A stretch of 32,000 bases of DNA. It comes from Nostoc punctiforme PCC 73102 (GTDB lineage Bacteria; Cyanobacteriota; Cyanobacteriia; Cyanobacteriales; Nostocaceae). The stretch is taken from positions 4,860,001 to 4,892,000 of the forward strand of contig NC_010628.1 of NCBI RefSeq assembly GCF_000020025.1, written 5' to 3'. A program made the translations under genes and the position numbers. Positions 18,475 through 26,527 of this stretch are shown here, one piece after another (the first letter of the stretch is position 1; the number at the start of each line of letters is the position of its first letter). The notes beneath the pieces were generated by a model. It saw nothing but the letters and a program-made list of their open reading frames with translations. It ran no database searches and was not told where the DNA came from.

Positions 18475-18543
18475 ATAAACGATCGATTCAGTCCACTTGA
18501 GTGGACTTTGGCTATCAGCTCATAACTTCAGTTCTGGGCGGGA

Positions 18544-19254
18544 TTATTGTCCACCATTCACAGCACGCATCCGTCGGACACTTCCAGCTTGGCAATCGCG
18601 TAACCAAGTATTCACTGCTTGGGCAACAGTGCCATTACTGCTATCGCGTGGCGGGGATAATGGCTGCTGTGCTGAATTGGAACCAGTTTGAGAAAACATC
18701 GTCACTAAATGCCAACCAGTTGTAGTTTTAGTCAACAACAGCCAGTGGAATTCCTGCAATTCGATCGCTTTCTTTCCTATGTACTGCCGCTCCAAGGTAG
18801 TAAAGAAAACTTGCTCAACTCCTGATGCAGAGCTTTTAGACGCATCTGCACTATATTCTTCAAGGTTAAGTGGCAAAGGAGTAAACTCAGGTCTTCCTGC
18901 CACTAACATATAACCGTAAATATCACTACTTCTGCTGAGGCGACGGGCGCGTTGACTAGCGCGATTAGTATAACTAGGTAAATCTTGGAGTAGCTGTATA
19001 GTTAATGTTTCTAAACTTTGCTCAGAACAGAGAGACTTCGCCCCATGGTTGATATTTTCCCTTTCTGCTAGCGCCGATGAGTTAGGGGTGAGGTTTTTCG
19101 AGAACGCTGGGTAAGTAAGACTATTTGATACTAAAACCCAAAAGCCACAAGCGACAAGCCAACTATAATTTTTCTTCTTGAGCGAAGAGGCAAGATTTTT
19201 CTCCCCTACACCCTGCACTCTGTCTCCCAGTTTCTCACTGACTCTTAGCTTCAT
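18544..19254 (-). CDS. hypothetical membrane-anchored protein, translationally coupled to pyrF
   Basis: 236-aa ORF whose ATG overlaps the pyrF stop (ATGA at 19251-19254). It has one N-terminal hydrophobic segment ([15 protein letters not shown]) and no motif I recognise. Confidence 0.65.
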   Translation of the reverse strand: MKLRVSEKLGDRVQGVGEKNLASSLKKKNYSWLVACGFWVLVSNSLTYPAFSKNLTPNSSALAERENINHGAKSLCSEQSLETLTIQLLQDLPSYTNRASQRARRLSRSSDIYGYMLVAGRPEFTPLPLNLEEYSADASKSSASGVEQVFFTTLERQYIGKKAIELQEFHWLLLTKTTTGWHLVTMFSQTGSNSAQQPLSPPRDSSNGTVAQAVNTWLRDCQAGSVRRMRAVNGGQ

Positions 19255-19982
19255 GCCACTGTGGTTAACTCCTCAGAAATCCTTTTCCAGGCTAACTCTG
19301 GCTCAGTAGCAGTAGTAATGGGACGGCCAATTACTAAATAATCTGCACCAGCTTTCATGGCTTGTGCTGGAGTGAGCGATCGCTTTTGATCTGCATTATC
19401 TGCCCAAGTTGGTCTAACGCCGGGACAAACTAGCAAAAAGCGATCTCCACAAGTCTCTCGTAGCTGTGCCACTTCTTGAGGCGAACAAACTACCCCATCC
19501 AAACCACATTCTTGAGCCAGCAGGGCCATTTCTAGAGCATATTCTGGCAATTCCAGAGGTATTTTTAAATCAAACGCCAACTGCCTAGCAGAAATGCTCG
19601 TCAGCAGGGTAATAGCAATTAACTTTGGTGGTTGTACACCTGCTTTTACAGCCCCTTCGTGTGCCGCCTCAATTGCGGCTTTCAGGGCATCTCTACCACA
19701 GGTAGCATGAATCGTCAGCAAATCCACTCCGTATCTAGCTGCACTCCGGCAAGCACCAGCAACGGTGTTGGGGATATCATCAAACTTTAAATCTAAGAAA
19801 ATGCGCTTTTCCTTAGACTTTAGGACTTCCAGAATTTTGGGGCCAGTGCTGGTAAACAACTCTAAGCCGACTTTCCAAAAACCGACTTGCGGGAGTTGAT
19901 CTATAAGAGCGATCGCACTTTGTTCATCTGGCACATCCAATGCCACAATAACTCGTTGTTCTGCCTGTCCACCATTCCCCAT
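19251..19982 (-). CDS. pyrF: orotidine 5'-phosphate decarboxylase
   Basis: 243-aa ORF with [15 protein letters not shown] and the catalytic motif [13 protein letters not shown]. Confidence 0.94.
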   Translation of the reverse strand: MGNGGQAEQRVIVALDVPDEQSAIALIDQLPQVGFWKVGLELFTSTGPKILEVLKSKEKRIFLDLKFDDIPNTVAGACRSAARYGVDLLTIHATCGRDALKAAIEAAHEGAVKAGVQPPKLIAITLLTSISARQLAFDLKIPLELPEYALEMALLAQECGLDGVVCSPQEVAQLRETCGDRFLLVCPGVRPTWADNADQKRSLTPAQAMKAGADYLVIGRPITTATEPELAWKRISEELTTVA

Positions 19983-20003
19983 TCCCTACTCTCCATTCCC
20001 CAT

Positions 20004-21191
20004 TTAAGGTACTAGACGCACAAACTTATTTTTCCCAACTTGTAAAACCTTACCTTGTAACTGGGCAGAATCAGCAAAAGTAGTATCAACATCGGTAATC
20101 CGATCGCCATCTATACGCACCCCACCTTCTTGAATTTTCCGCTTACCTTCCCCTGTACTTTTGCATAAGCCAGTGACATTGAGAATATAGGCTAATTTAG
20201 CGGGATGCGATATCTCAGCTAGAGAAAATTCGGGAACTGCACCTTCCTTTCCGCCGCTTTGGGCTGCTTCTTTGGCTTCTTGGGCGGCTGTTTCGCCGTG
20301 GTACTGTTTGACGACTTCCCATGCGAGGAGTGTTTGGCGATCGCGGGGATTTTCTGGCAGATTATCCAAAGGTAAATCCGTCAGCAGTTCAAAATACTGT
20401 TCCAACAGATTATCTGGAACCCCTTGCAACTTCTGATATTTTTGCCCCGGATGTTCCGACAACCCAATATAATTACCTAAAGACTTGGACATTTTTTGCA
20501 CCCCATCCGTGCCAATCAAAATTGGCAGCAGCATCCCAAACTGGGGCTTTTGACCAAAATGGCGCTGCAAATCTCTGCCCACAGCGATGTTAAATTTCTG
20601 ATCGGTCCCTCCTAATTCCACATCTGCTTCCACGGCAACGGAATCGAAACCTTGCATTAACGGGTATAGGAACTCATGGATAAAAATCGGATTCTCTTTT
20701 TTATAGCGATCGGCAAATCCTTCCTTAGCCAACATCTGCCCCACCGTCATCGTAGAAAGTAACTCCAAAATTTTCTCCAAGTTAAGCCCAGAGAGCCATT
20801 CGGAGTTATAGCGCACCTCTAACCTTCCTGGTGTGTCAAAATCCAAGATAGGACGTACTTGATCGAGATAAGTCTGGGCATTTTGGGCGACATCTGCTTC
20901 TGTAAGCTGGCGGCGCACCTCAGATTTACCAGTCGGATCGCCAATGCGTGCTGTAAAATCGCCAATAATTAGAACTGCTATATGGCCTGCATCTTGAAAC
21001 GCTCGCAGTTTTCGTACTGGTATGCTATGACCTAAATGAATATCAGTACCAGTCGGGTCAATCCCCAACTTGATCCTCAAAGGTTTATTTGTAGTTGTCA
21101 AAAGCTTTTCTAGACTTTCACTGTTAACATCAACTGGTTGTGGAAAAACTTCTACAACACCACGACGCAGCCAAGCAAAATCTTGCGTCAT
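20004..21191 (-). CDS. tyrS: tyrosine--tRNA ligase
   Basis: It has the HIGH-type motif (GTDIHLGHS), KMSKS, and a C-terminal S4 domain ([19 protein letters not shown]). I choose the ATG at 21191 (MTQDFAWL...). The track ORF begins at a TTG at 21323. Confidence 0.93.
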   Translation of the reverse strand: MTQDFAWLRRGVVEVFPQPVDVNSESLEKLLTTTNKPLRIKLGIDPTGTDIHLGHSIPVRKLRAFQDAGHIAVLIIGDFTARIGDPTGKSEVRRQLTEADVAQNAQTYLDQVRPILDFDTPGRLEVRYNSEWLSGLNLEKILELLSTMTVGQMLAKEGFADRYKKENPIFIHEFLYPLMQGFDSVAVEADVELGGTDQKFNIAVGRDLQRHFGQKPQFGMLLPILIGTDGVQKMSKSLGNYIGLSEHPGQKYQKLQGVPDNLLEQYFELLTDLPLDNLPENPRDRQTLLAWEVVKQYHGETAAQEAKEAAQSGGKEGAVPEFSLAEISHPAKLAYILNVTGLCKSTGEGKRKIQEGGVRIDGDRITDVDTTFADSAQLQGKVLQVGKNKFVRLVP

Positions 21192-21364
21192 ACTAGAAAA
21201 TCCACTGTTAGCTATGTTTTGCACACTAGAAGTTAAGTTGGTTATAAACACTTGCAATTTATCCACTTTCTCATCTGCCAAACTACTATAATTGCAAAAA
21301 ATTAACCGCCTTGCTTCGTCCAATCAATTACAGTTAAATTTATAAGTGAGGAAGTGAAATCGCC

Positions 21365-23290
21365 GTGTCGTCTTCTAGGACTTTTGAAGATAAACAGCCA
21401 CAACGTCGGGCTTCATCAGGTTTTGAGTTTTTGAAAGGAGTTGGTCAGGTAACTGGCGGCACTCTGCTCTCAATTACCATGTTGGCAAGTTCCATTGTAG
21501 CCGGAGGACTGGTTGGTTTAGCCATTAGTTTCCGTAATTTGCCAGATGTAAGACAGCTACGTAACTTCTTTCCCTCAGAAACAACTTACATCTATGACGT
21601 TAAGGGTAAACTTTTAACGAGTATCCACGGGGAAGCCAACCGGGAAGTCGTACCCCTGGATAGAATTTCTCCGAACTTAAAACGGGCGGTATTAGCAAGT
21701 GAAGATAGTCACTTCTACGATCACCACGGTATTAACCCGACTGGTGTTGGCCGGGCTATAGTAGTTAACGCTGTAGCAGGTGGAGTCAAAGAGGGTGGCT
21801 CCACTGTTACTATGCAATTGGTAAAAAACCTGTTTTTGTCTCAAAAGCGTGCCTTTACCCGCAAGTTAGCGGAGGCCGTGCTGGCAATCAGGTTAGAGCA
21901 AATTCTCACCAAAGACCAAATTTTAGAAATGTACCTCAATCAAGTTTATTGGGGTCATAACAATTATGGTGTACAAACGGCAGCCCGTAGTTACTTTAAT
22001 AAGTCATCAGAATATTTAAGCTTGGGTGAGTCAGCAATGATGGCGGGTTTGATCCAAGCACCAGAAGAATTCAGCCCCTTTGTGAGCATGAAGCTGGCAA
22101 AACAGAAACAAAAAGAAGTGCTGGGGCGGATGCTGGAATTAAACTGGATCAACCAGTCTGAGTATGACGATGCCCTCAAGCAGGAAATAAAACTTGGTAG
22201 AATCAAATCTTTTCAAGGTAGTGCCCTACCTTATGTAACCAACACCGTAGCGCAGGAATTGGCTAAGAAGTTTGGGCGTGAGACACTACTCAAGGGTGGG
22301 ATGCGAGTGCAAACTACAGTTGATGCCAAATTCCAAATAATGGCAGAGGAAACTGTCACTAAGTGGCATAAAAAACTTTTAGATCAGGGATTATCTAAGA
22401 ACCAAATGGCTCTGGTGTCAATTGATCCGCGCACACATTTTATCAAAGCACTAGTGGGCGGTATAGATCCAAAGACCAGTGAATTCAATCGTGCAACTCA
22501 ATCTCAACGCCAGCCAGGTTCTTCTTTTAAACCCTTTGTATACTATACAGCTTTCGCTACTGGTAAATATACGCCAGACTCAACAGTAGATGATTCTCCA
22601 GTCAGCTATCGCGATGGTAACGGTTGGTACTTTCCCAGAAATTATGATGGGAGTTTTAGGGGATCGATGCCGATTCGCACAGCTTTAGCCCAGTCACGTA
22701 ACATTCCCGTGATCAAGATTGGCAAGGCTGTGGGGATGAATCGAGTGATCGAAACTTGTCGTACCTTGGGTATTATGAGTCCGATGGAACCTGTTACTTC
22801 CTTGCCTCTTGGTGCAATTGGCGTTACACCTCTGGAAATGGCAAGTGCTTATGCAACTTTTGCTAATTATGGTTGGCAGTCACCACCAACTGTAATTGCC
22901 CGTGTCACTGATAGTAGTGGTAACGTATTGCTAGACAACACTCCCAAACCACAGCTAGTTCTCGATCCTTGGGCATCAGCAGCAATTCTTGATGTGATGC
23001 GATCCGTAATTTCTGAAGGTACTGGTAAAGGTGCTGCTATCGGTCGTCCAGCTGCGGGTAAGACGGGAACAACATCATCCGAAAAAGATATTTGGTTTGT
23101 TGGTACTGTGCCACAGTTAACAACTGCGGTTTGGGTAGGCAGAGACGACAACAGACAACTAGCTGACCATGCAACAGGTGGTGTTATGGTCGCTCCCATC
23201 TGGAAAGATTTTATGGAGAAGGCGCTTAAGAACACACCAGTAGAAAACTTCAAGCCACCTTCCCAGTTTTCTCGCCCCAAGTCACAATAA
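21365..23290 (+). CDS. class A penicillin-binding protein (bifunctional transglycosylase/transpeptidase)
   Basis: 641-aa ORF with a GTG start. It carries the GT51 motifs ASEDSHFYDHHGI, GGSTVTMQL and RKLAEAVLA, and the transpeptidase motifs SSFKP, SRN and KTGTT. Confidence 0.94.
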   Translation: MSSSRTFEDKQPQRRASSGFEFLKGVGQVTGGTLLSITMLASSIVAGGLVGLAISFRNLPDVRQLRNFFPSETTYIYDVKGKLLTSIHGEANREVVPLDRISPNLKRAVLASEDSHFYDHHGINPTGVGRAIVVNAVAGGVKEGGSTVTMQLVKNLFLSQKRAFTRKLAEAVLAIRLEQILTKDQILEMYLNQVYWGHNNYGVQTAARSYFNKSSEYLSLGESAMMAGLIQAPEEFSPFVSMKLAKQKQKEVLGRMLELNWINQSEYDDALKQEIKLGRIKSFQGSALPYVTNTVAQELAKKFGRETLLKGGMRVQTTVDAKFQIMAEETVTKWHKKLLDQGLSKNQMALVSIDPRTHFIKALVGGIDPKTSEFNRATQSQRQPGSSFKPFVYYTAFATGKYTPDSTVDDSPVSYRDGNGWYFPRNYDGSFRGSMPIRTALAQSRNIPVIKIGKAVGMNRVIETCRTLGIMSPMEPVTSLPLGAIGVTPLEMASAYATFANYGWQSPPTVIARVTDSSGNVLLDNTPKPQLVLDPWASAAILDVMRSVISEGTGKGAAIGRPAAGKTGTTSSEKDIWFVGTVPQLTTAVWVGRDDNRQLADHATGGVMVAPIWKDFMEKALKNTPVENFKPPSQFSRPKSQ

Positions 23291-23297
23291 TTTTGAA

Positions 23298-23350
23298 TTT
23301 TAGATTTTGGATTTTGAATTTTGGATTGGCAATTAATCCAAAATCTAAAA
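23298..23350. terminator. bidirectional hairpin built from TTTTGRA heptamers between the PBP gene and the 23355-23678 gene
   Basis: TTTTAGATTTTGGATT (23298-23313) is the exact reverse complement of AATCCAAAATCTAAAA (23335-23350). A shorter alternative stem is ATTTTGGATT (23318-23327) with a 7-nt loop. Confidence 0.65.
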
Positions 23351-23354
23351 TTAA

Positions 23355-23678
23355 CTAAGCCTGTTTTTCTAGCTCGGCTTTCATCCGTTCTAAAGTCAGG
23401 TGCATTTGGTCAAACATTTGTTGCGGGGTGACACCGAATTGACCTAATTGCGTTTTCAGCTGTTCTACAGTCATTTGTGCCATAAAATCTTCTGATAGCT
23501 CGAAGCGCTTCATAAAGATGCGATACCGATCCATCATGGCTTCCATTTGCTCAATAAACAGCTTTTTGCCATCGCGGTCAAACTTGCCGTAGTTGTTACC
23601 AAGCTTGATTAGCGCTTGATAATCTTCAAAAAGTTGTTTTGCTTCTTGCTGAACTATCTCAGAATCGAAGAATCCCAT
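23355..23678 (-). CDS. small conserved cyanobacterial protein (DUF1825-like, from memory)
   Basis: 107-aa acidic, helical ORF (MGFFDSEIVQQEAKQLFEDYQ...). The codon usage looks like that of neighbouring genes. The family assignment is recalled, not verified. Confidence 0.6.
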   Translation of the reverse strand: MGFFDSEIVQQEAKQLFEDYQALIKLGNNYGKFDRDGKKLFIEQMEAMMDRYRIFMKRFELSEDFMAQMTVEQLKTQLGQFGVTPQQMFDQMHLTLERMKAELEKQA

Positions 23679-23804
23679 ATTGCTTATATTAAACTGAGCG
23701 CCCAGACTCAGTAGCTTAATAGTTTTACTTCTATTTATTATTTTAGTTTAGGTGAGTAATCTAGTGACGAAGCTTCGGTTTTAGTACGGTTTGTTACCGA
23801 AATT

Positions 23805-24728
23805 TCAACACTTGACTTGAGATCCTTTTCGCTGTGTAAACCGACTTAATAAAGCCGCAATACTCACAGCTTTAGCCATTGATTTAGGATTGGTGTTTTC
23901 ACCTAGTTTAATTTTCAGTTCGGGAGCGTATTTTAAGGCTAGTGAATTTTGCGGGTTAAGTTTTAATGCTTGACAGATGTAAACCCTAGCCATCCCCATA
24001 AATTTCTGTTTGAGATGTACCAAACCTAATAAGGCATAATAATCGCTGTTATTTGGCTCTAACTTGATAGCATCGCGCAGTTCTTGAACGGCTATGACCC
24101 ATTTTCCTAGCCTGACATACTCAATAGCTCGCTGGTAGTGACGTTGAGCGTAGTTTGTCAAAACTGGTTTAACATCAGTTAATGTCAATTCAACTGGGTT
24201 AACTTCTACTTCAGGGATTATGGCAACAGCTTTTTGTGGTAAGAAGAGGTCTGGTTTATGCAACCGTAGGTATACTAAATTCAGTATAGTAATTTGTTGC
24301 GTCACCTGATAAAACTGATCTAGTGATTTGTATTGGGCTTCTGCATAACAGGCGATCGCTTCTTCGTAAAACAATTCTGCTTCAGGTGTAGACATTTTCA
24401 TAATTTCCTGAGCTATGGCACTTTGAGAAGACAAAGGCTTCTGCTCTGAAACTCTTGCATCCGATCGCAGCATAGCGATCGCAATCAAGCGCTTCTGTCG
24501 ATGTTTCAGTTGTTGATAAGCTGGGTTGATTAAATGGCTAAATATTGCCGTTGCTAATTTTTGGTCTGGATTGCAGTTTTTAGCATGGCGATCGGGATGT
24601 AGCAGCTTCGCTAAAGTGTGATAGCGTTTGAAAATCTGGCGATCGTCAGCAATTACAGAAATTCCTAGCACAGCGTAAGGATCACAAAGCTTTTCAACCC
24701 ATCCTGGCGGTAGTAAGGTCTGTGACAT
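23805..24728 (-). CDS. DnaJ (J-domain) protein with C-terminal TPR repeats
   Basis: It has a J domain with HPD (DPYAVLGISVIADDRQIFKRYHTLAKLLHPDRH) and TPR-like repeats near the C-terminus (AIKLEPNNSDYYALLGLVHLKQ..., ALKLNPQNSLA). Confidence 0.85.
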   Translation of the reverse strand: MSQTLLPPGWVEKLCDPYAVLGISVIADDRQIFKRYHTLAKLLHPDRHAKNCNPDQKLATAIFSHLINPAYQQLKHRQKRLIAIAMLRSDARVSEQKPLSSQSAIAQEIMKMSTPEAELFYEEAIACYAEAQYKSLDQFYQVTQQITILNLVYLRLHKPDLFLPQKAVAIIPEVEVNPVELTLTDVKPVLTNYAQRHYQRAIEYVRLGKWVIAVQELRDAIKLEPNNSDYYALLGLVHLKQKFMGMARVYICQALKLNPQNSLALKYAPELKIKLGENTNPKSMAKAVSIAALLSRFTQRKGSQVKC

Positions 24729-24911
24729 AGTAGTAATAAAGCTGTTAAAAACTTAAAATTAGCATCAAAGCTCAATGCACAGTCATGTGAAACTTACTCA
24801 AATTTCTTCAAATACTAAACTGTGTAGGAACTTTCGAAAGTCTGGAGAGCAAGCCAGGGTAGTTGACTGTTTGATTGTAGGAACTGTGGTATTGGTAGAT
24901 TTATTAGAAAT

Positions 24912-25286
24912 ATGTTGACTAAGCGCAAAAGTAGAAGCGTTGCTGCTGTTTTAGCTTTTTCTGGCACGCTGACAATTTCAGGATTACATAAATTCTATCT
25001 GGGACAGCCTCTGTGGGGTGTTTTGTATGTATTACTTTCTTGGACACCTATCCCCAAGGTAGCTAGTGCTATTGAGGGAGTTTGGTATTTAGCCCAAGAC
25101 GAAGAAGCTTTTGATCGTAATTTTAATCTAGGCAAGTCAGCGACAAGGAACTCACAAAAGGTAAGTAATCAGGTAGGAGCGATGGCTGACGCAATGCGAG
25201 AATTAGATGCTTTGCGTCAGGATGGACTGATTTCAGAGTATGAGTTTGAGCAAAAGCGCCGCCAATTGCTAGACCAGATTTCTTGA
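24912..25286 (+). CDS. TM2-domain membrane protein with a C-terminal SHOCT domain
   Basis: The N-terminal two-TM region has GLHKFYLGQ (TM2/NINE-type). The C-terminus LDALRQDGLISEYEFEQKRRQLLDQI matches the SHOCT pattern. Confidence 0.75.
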   Translation: MLTKRKSRSVAAVLAFSGTLTISGLHKFYLGQPLWGVLYVLLSWTPIPKVASAIEGVWYLAQDEEAFDRNFNLGKSATRNSQKVSNQVGAMADAMRELDALRQDGLISEYEFEQKRRQLLDQIS

Positions 25287-25300
25287 GGTAAGCGACAATC

Positions 25301-25834
25301 ATGAATAACTGGCTACCTTTGAACCCCAGGTTGCAAAAACTCCGCGCCAAGCTCCTCAACGATCCCTACTATCGCCTACAATCTGGGGAAGAAATTCAGA
25401 TAGCGGCCAAATTAGGTATTCGCATTGATGCTAATCAAGCCACTGTAGACGATTGGTTACGCCTACCAGGTTTGTCAATTCACCAAGCGCGATCGCTTGT
25501 AGAACTTTCCCATTCTGGTGTTAAATTTTACTGTATTGAAGACATTGCTGCGGCTTTGGCTATACCAGCGCCGCGTCTGGAGCCATTAAAGCCTCTGCTG
25601 AATTTTATTTACTATGACCACGAATCTTTAGAAAGTGCTACGCATTTAGTCAATCCGAATACAGCAACAGTCGAAAAGTTAGCACAAATTCCATTTATAG
25701 ATTTATCTTTAGCCCAAGCAGTGGTTCAAAATCGGCAATCCTCCGGGCCTTACCGTAACCTAGCTGATTTCCAACGACGGCTGGATTTATCCGGTGATGC
25801 GATCGCTCAACTGATGTATTATTTAAGGTTTTAA
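25301..25834 (+). CDS. ComEA-like helix-hairpin-helix DNA-binding protein (two HhH modules)
   Basis: It has IDANQATVDDWLRLPGLSIHQARSLVE and VNPNTATVEKLAQIPFIDLSLAQAVVQNRQSSGPYRNLADF, both ComEA-type motifs. No obvious signal peptide or TM segment is present. Confidence 0.75.
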   Translation: MNNWLPLNPRLQKLRAKLLNDPYYRLQSGEEIQIAAKLGIRIDANQATVDDWLRLPGLSIHQARSLVELSHSGVKFYCIEDIAAALAIPAPRLEPLKPLLNFIYYDHESLESATHLVNPNTATVEKLAQIPFIDLSLAQAVVQNRQSSGPYRNLADFQRRLDLSGDAIAQLMYYLRF

Positions 25835-25862
25835 GTTAGAAGTTATTTTAAAACTTCTAACT
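25834..25862. terminator. hairpin immediately after the ComEA-like gene
   Basis: AGTTAGAAGTT (25834-25844) pairs with AACTTCTAACT (25852-25862) across a 7-nt loop. It uses the same AGTTAnn heptamer family as the elements at 12721 and 16666. Confidence 0.6.
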
Positions 25863-25954
25863 CTGCTAATTTTAGATTTTGAGTCGAACCTTTGGTGCGC
25901 TTACAGCGCAACTTGGATTGAAAGAAAAATCCAAAATCCAAAATCCAAAATTGA

Positions 25955-26527
25955 TTAAATGAACCCAATGCGATCGAGAGGCCAAAAACGAAACGTTGCC
26001 CGACCAATGACATTTTCTCTGGGTAAAAAGCCCCAATAGCGAGAGTCATTACTATCATTGCGGTTATCTCCCATGACAAAAAATTCGTCTTCTGGGACTT
26101 TCACTGCTTGATATGGCTGATTTGGTGGTTCAGCGATGTAGTCTTCTGTTAAGGGTTGACCGTTGAGATAGACTTTACCAGAATCAACACTAATTACCTC
26201 ACCAGGCTGGCCAATAACCCGCTTGATGAAAGCTTGGTCTTTAGGATATCCCCGACGTTGTAGTTCTGCGGGTGGCTGAAAAACAATAATATCCCCAGTT
26301 ATGGGAGGGTGAAAATGGTAGGATATTTTTTCAACTACCAAGCGATCGCCAGTATGTAAGGTTGGCAGCATCGAATCCGAAGGGATATAGCGGGGTTCGG
26401 CGATAAAAGTTCTGATCAAAAATGCTAAACATAATGCGATCGCAATTAAAATCAGATTTTCTTGCCAACTACGCAATACTTTTGACGACGCACGTTCTTC
26501 TTTTGCATCACTTTCGTGAGGAATCAT
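25955..26527 (-). CDS. lepB: signal peptidase I
   Basis: 190-aa ORF with an N-terminal TM helix, the catalytic Ser motif IPSDSMLPTL, the Lys box FIKRVIG and GDNRNDSNDSRYWGFLP. Confidence 0.94.
   Translation of the reverse strand: MIPHESDAKEERASSKVLRSWQENLILIAIALCLAFLIRTFIAEPRYIPSDSMLPTLHTGDRLVVEKISYHFHPPITGDIIVFQPPAELQRRGYPKDQAFIKRVIGQPGEVISVDSGKVYLNGQPLTEDYIAEPPNQPYQAVKVPEDEFFVMGDNRNDSNDSRYWGFLPRENVIGRATFRFWPLDRIGFI

Noticed and set aside
21192-21323. N-terminal extensions implied by the longest-ORF track for tyrS (TTG at 21323), tsaC (8237), the Tic22-like gene (10036) and gmk (TTG at 17375)
   Set aside because: The extensions start at non-ATG codons or run through repeats, and they add residues that do not resemble the conserved family N-termini. 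Internal ATG codons give canonical protein starts. The exact starts remain unverified.
25843-26079. 78-aa minus-strand ORF overlapping the lepB 3' end
   Set aside because: It is out of frame with lepB over 25955-26079 and otherwise reads through heptamer and hairpin repeats. The lepB assignment is unambiguous.
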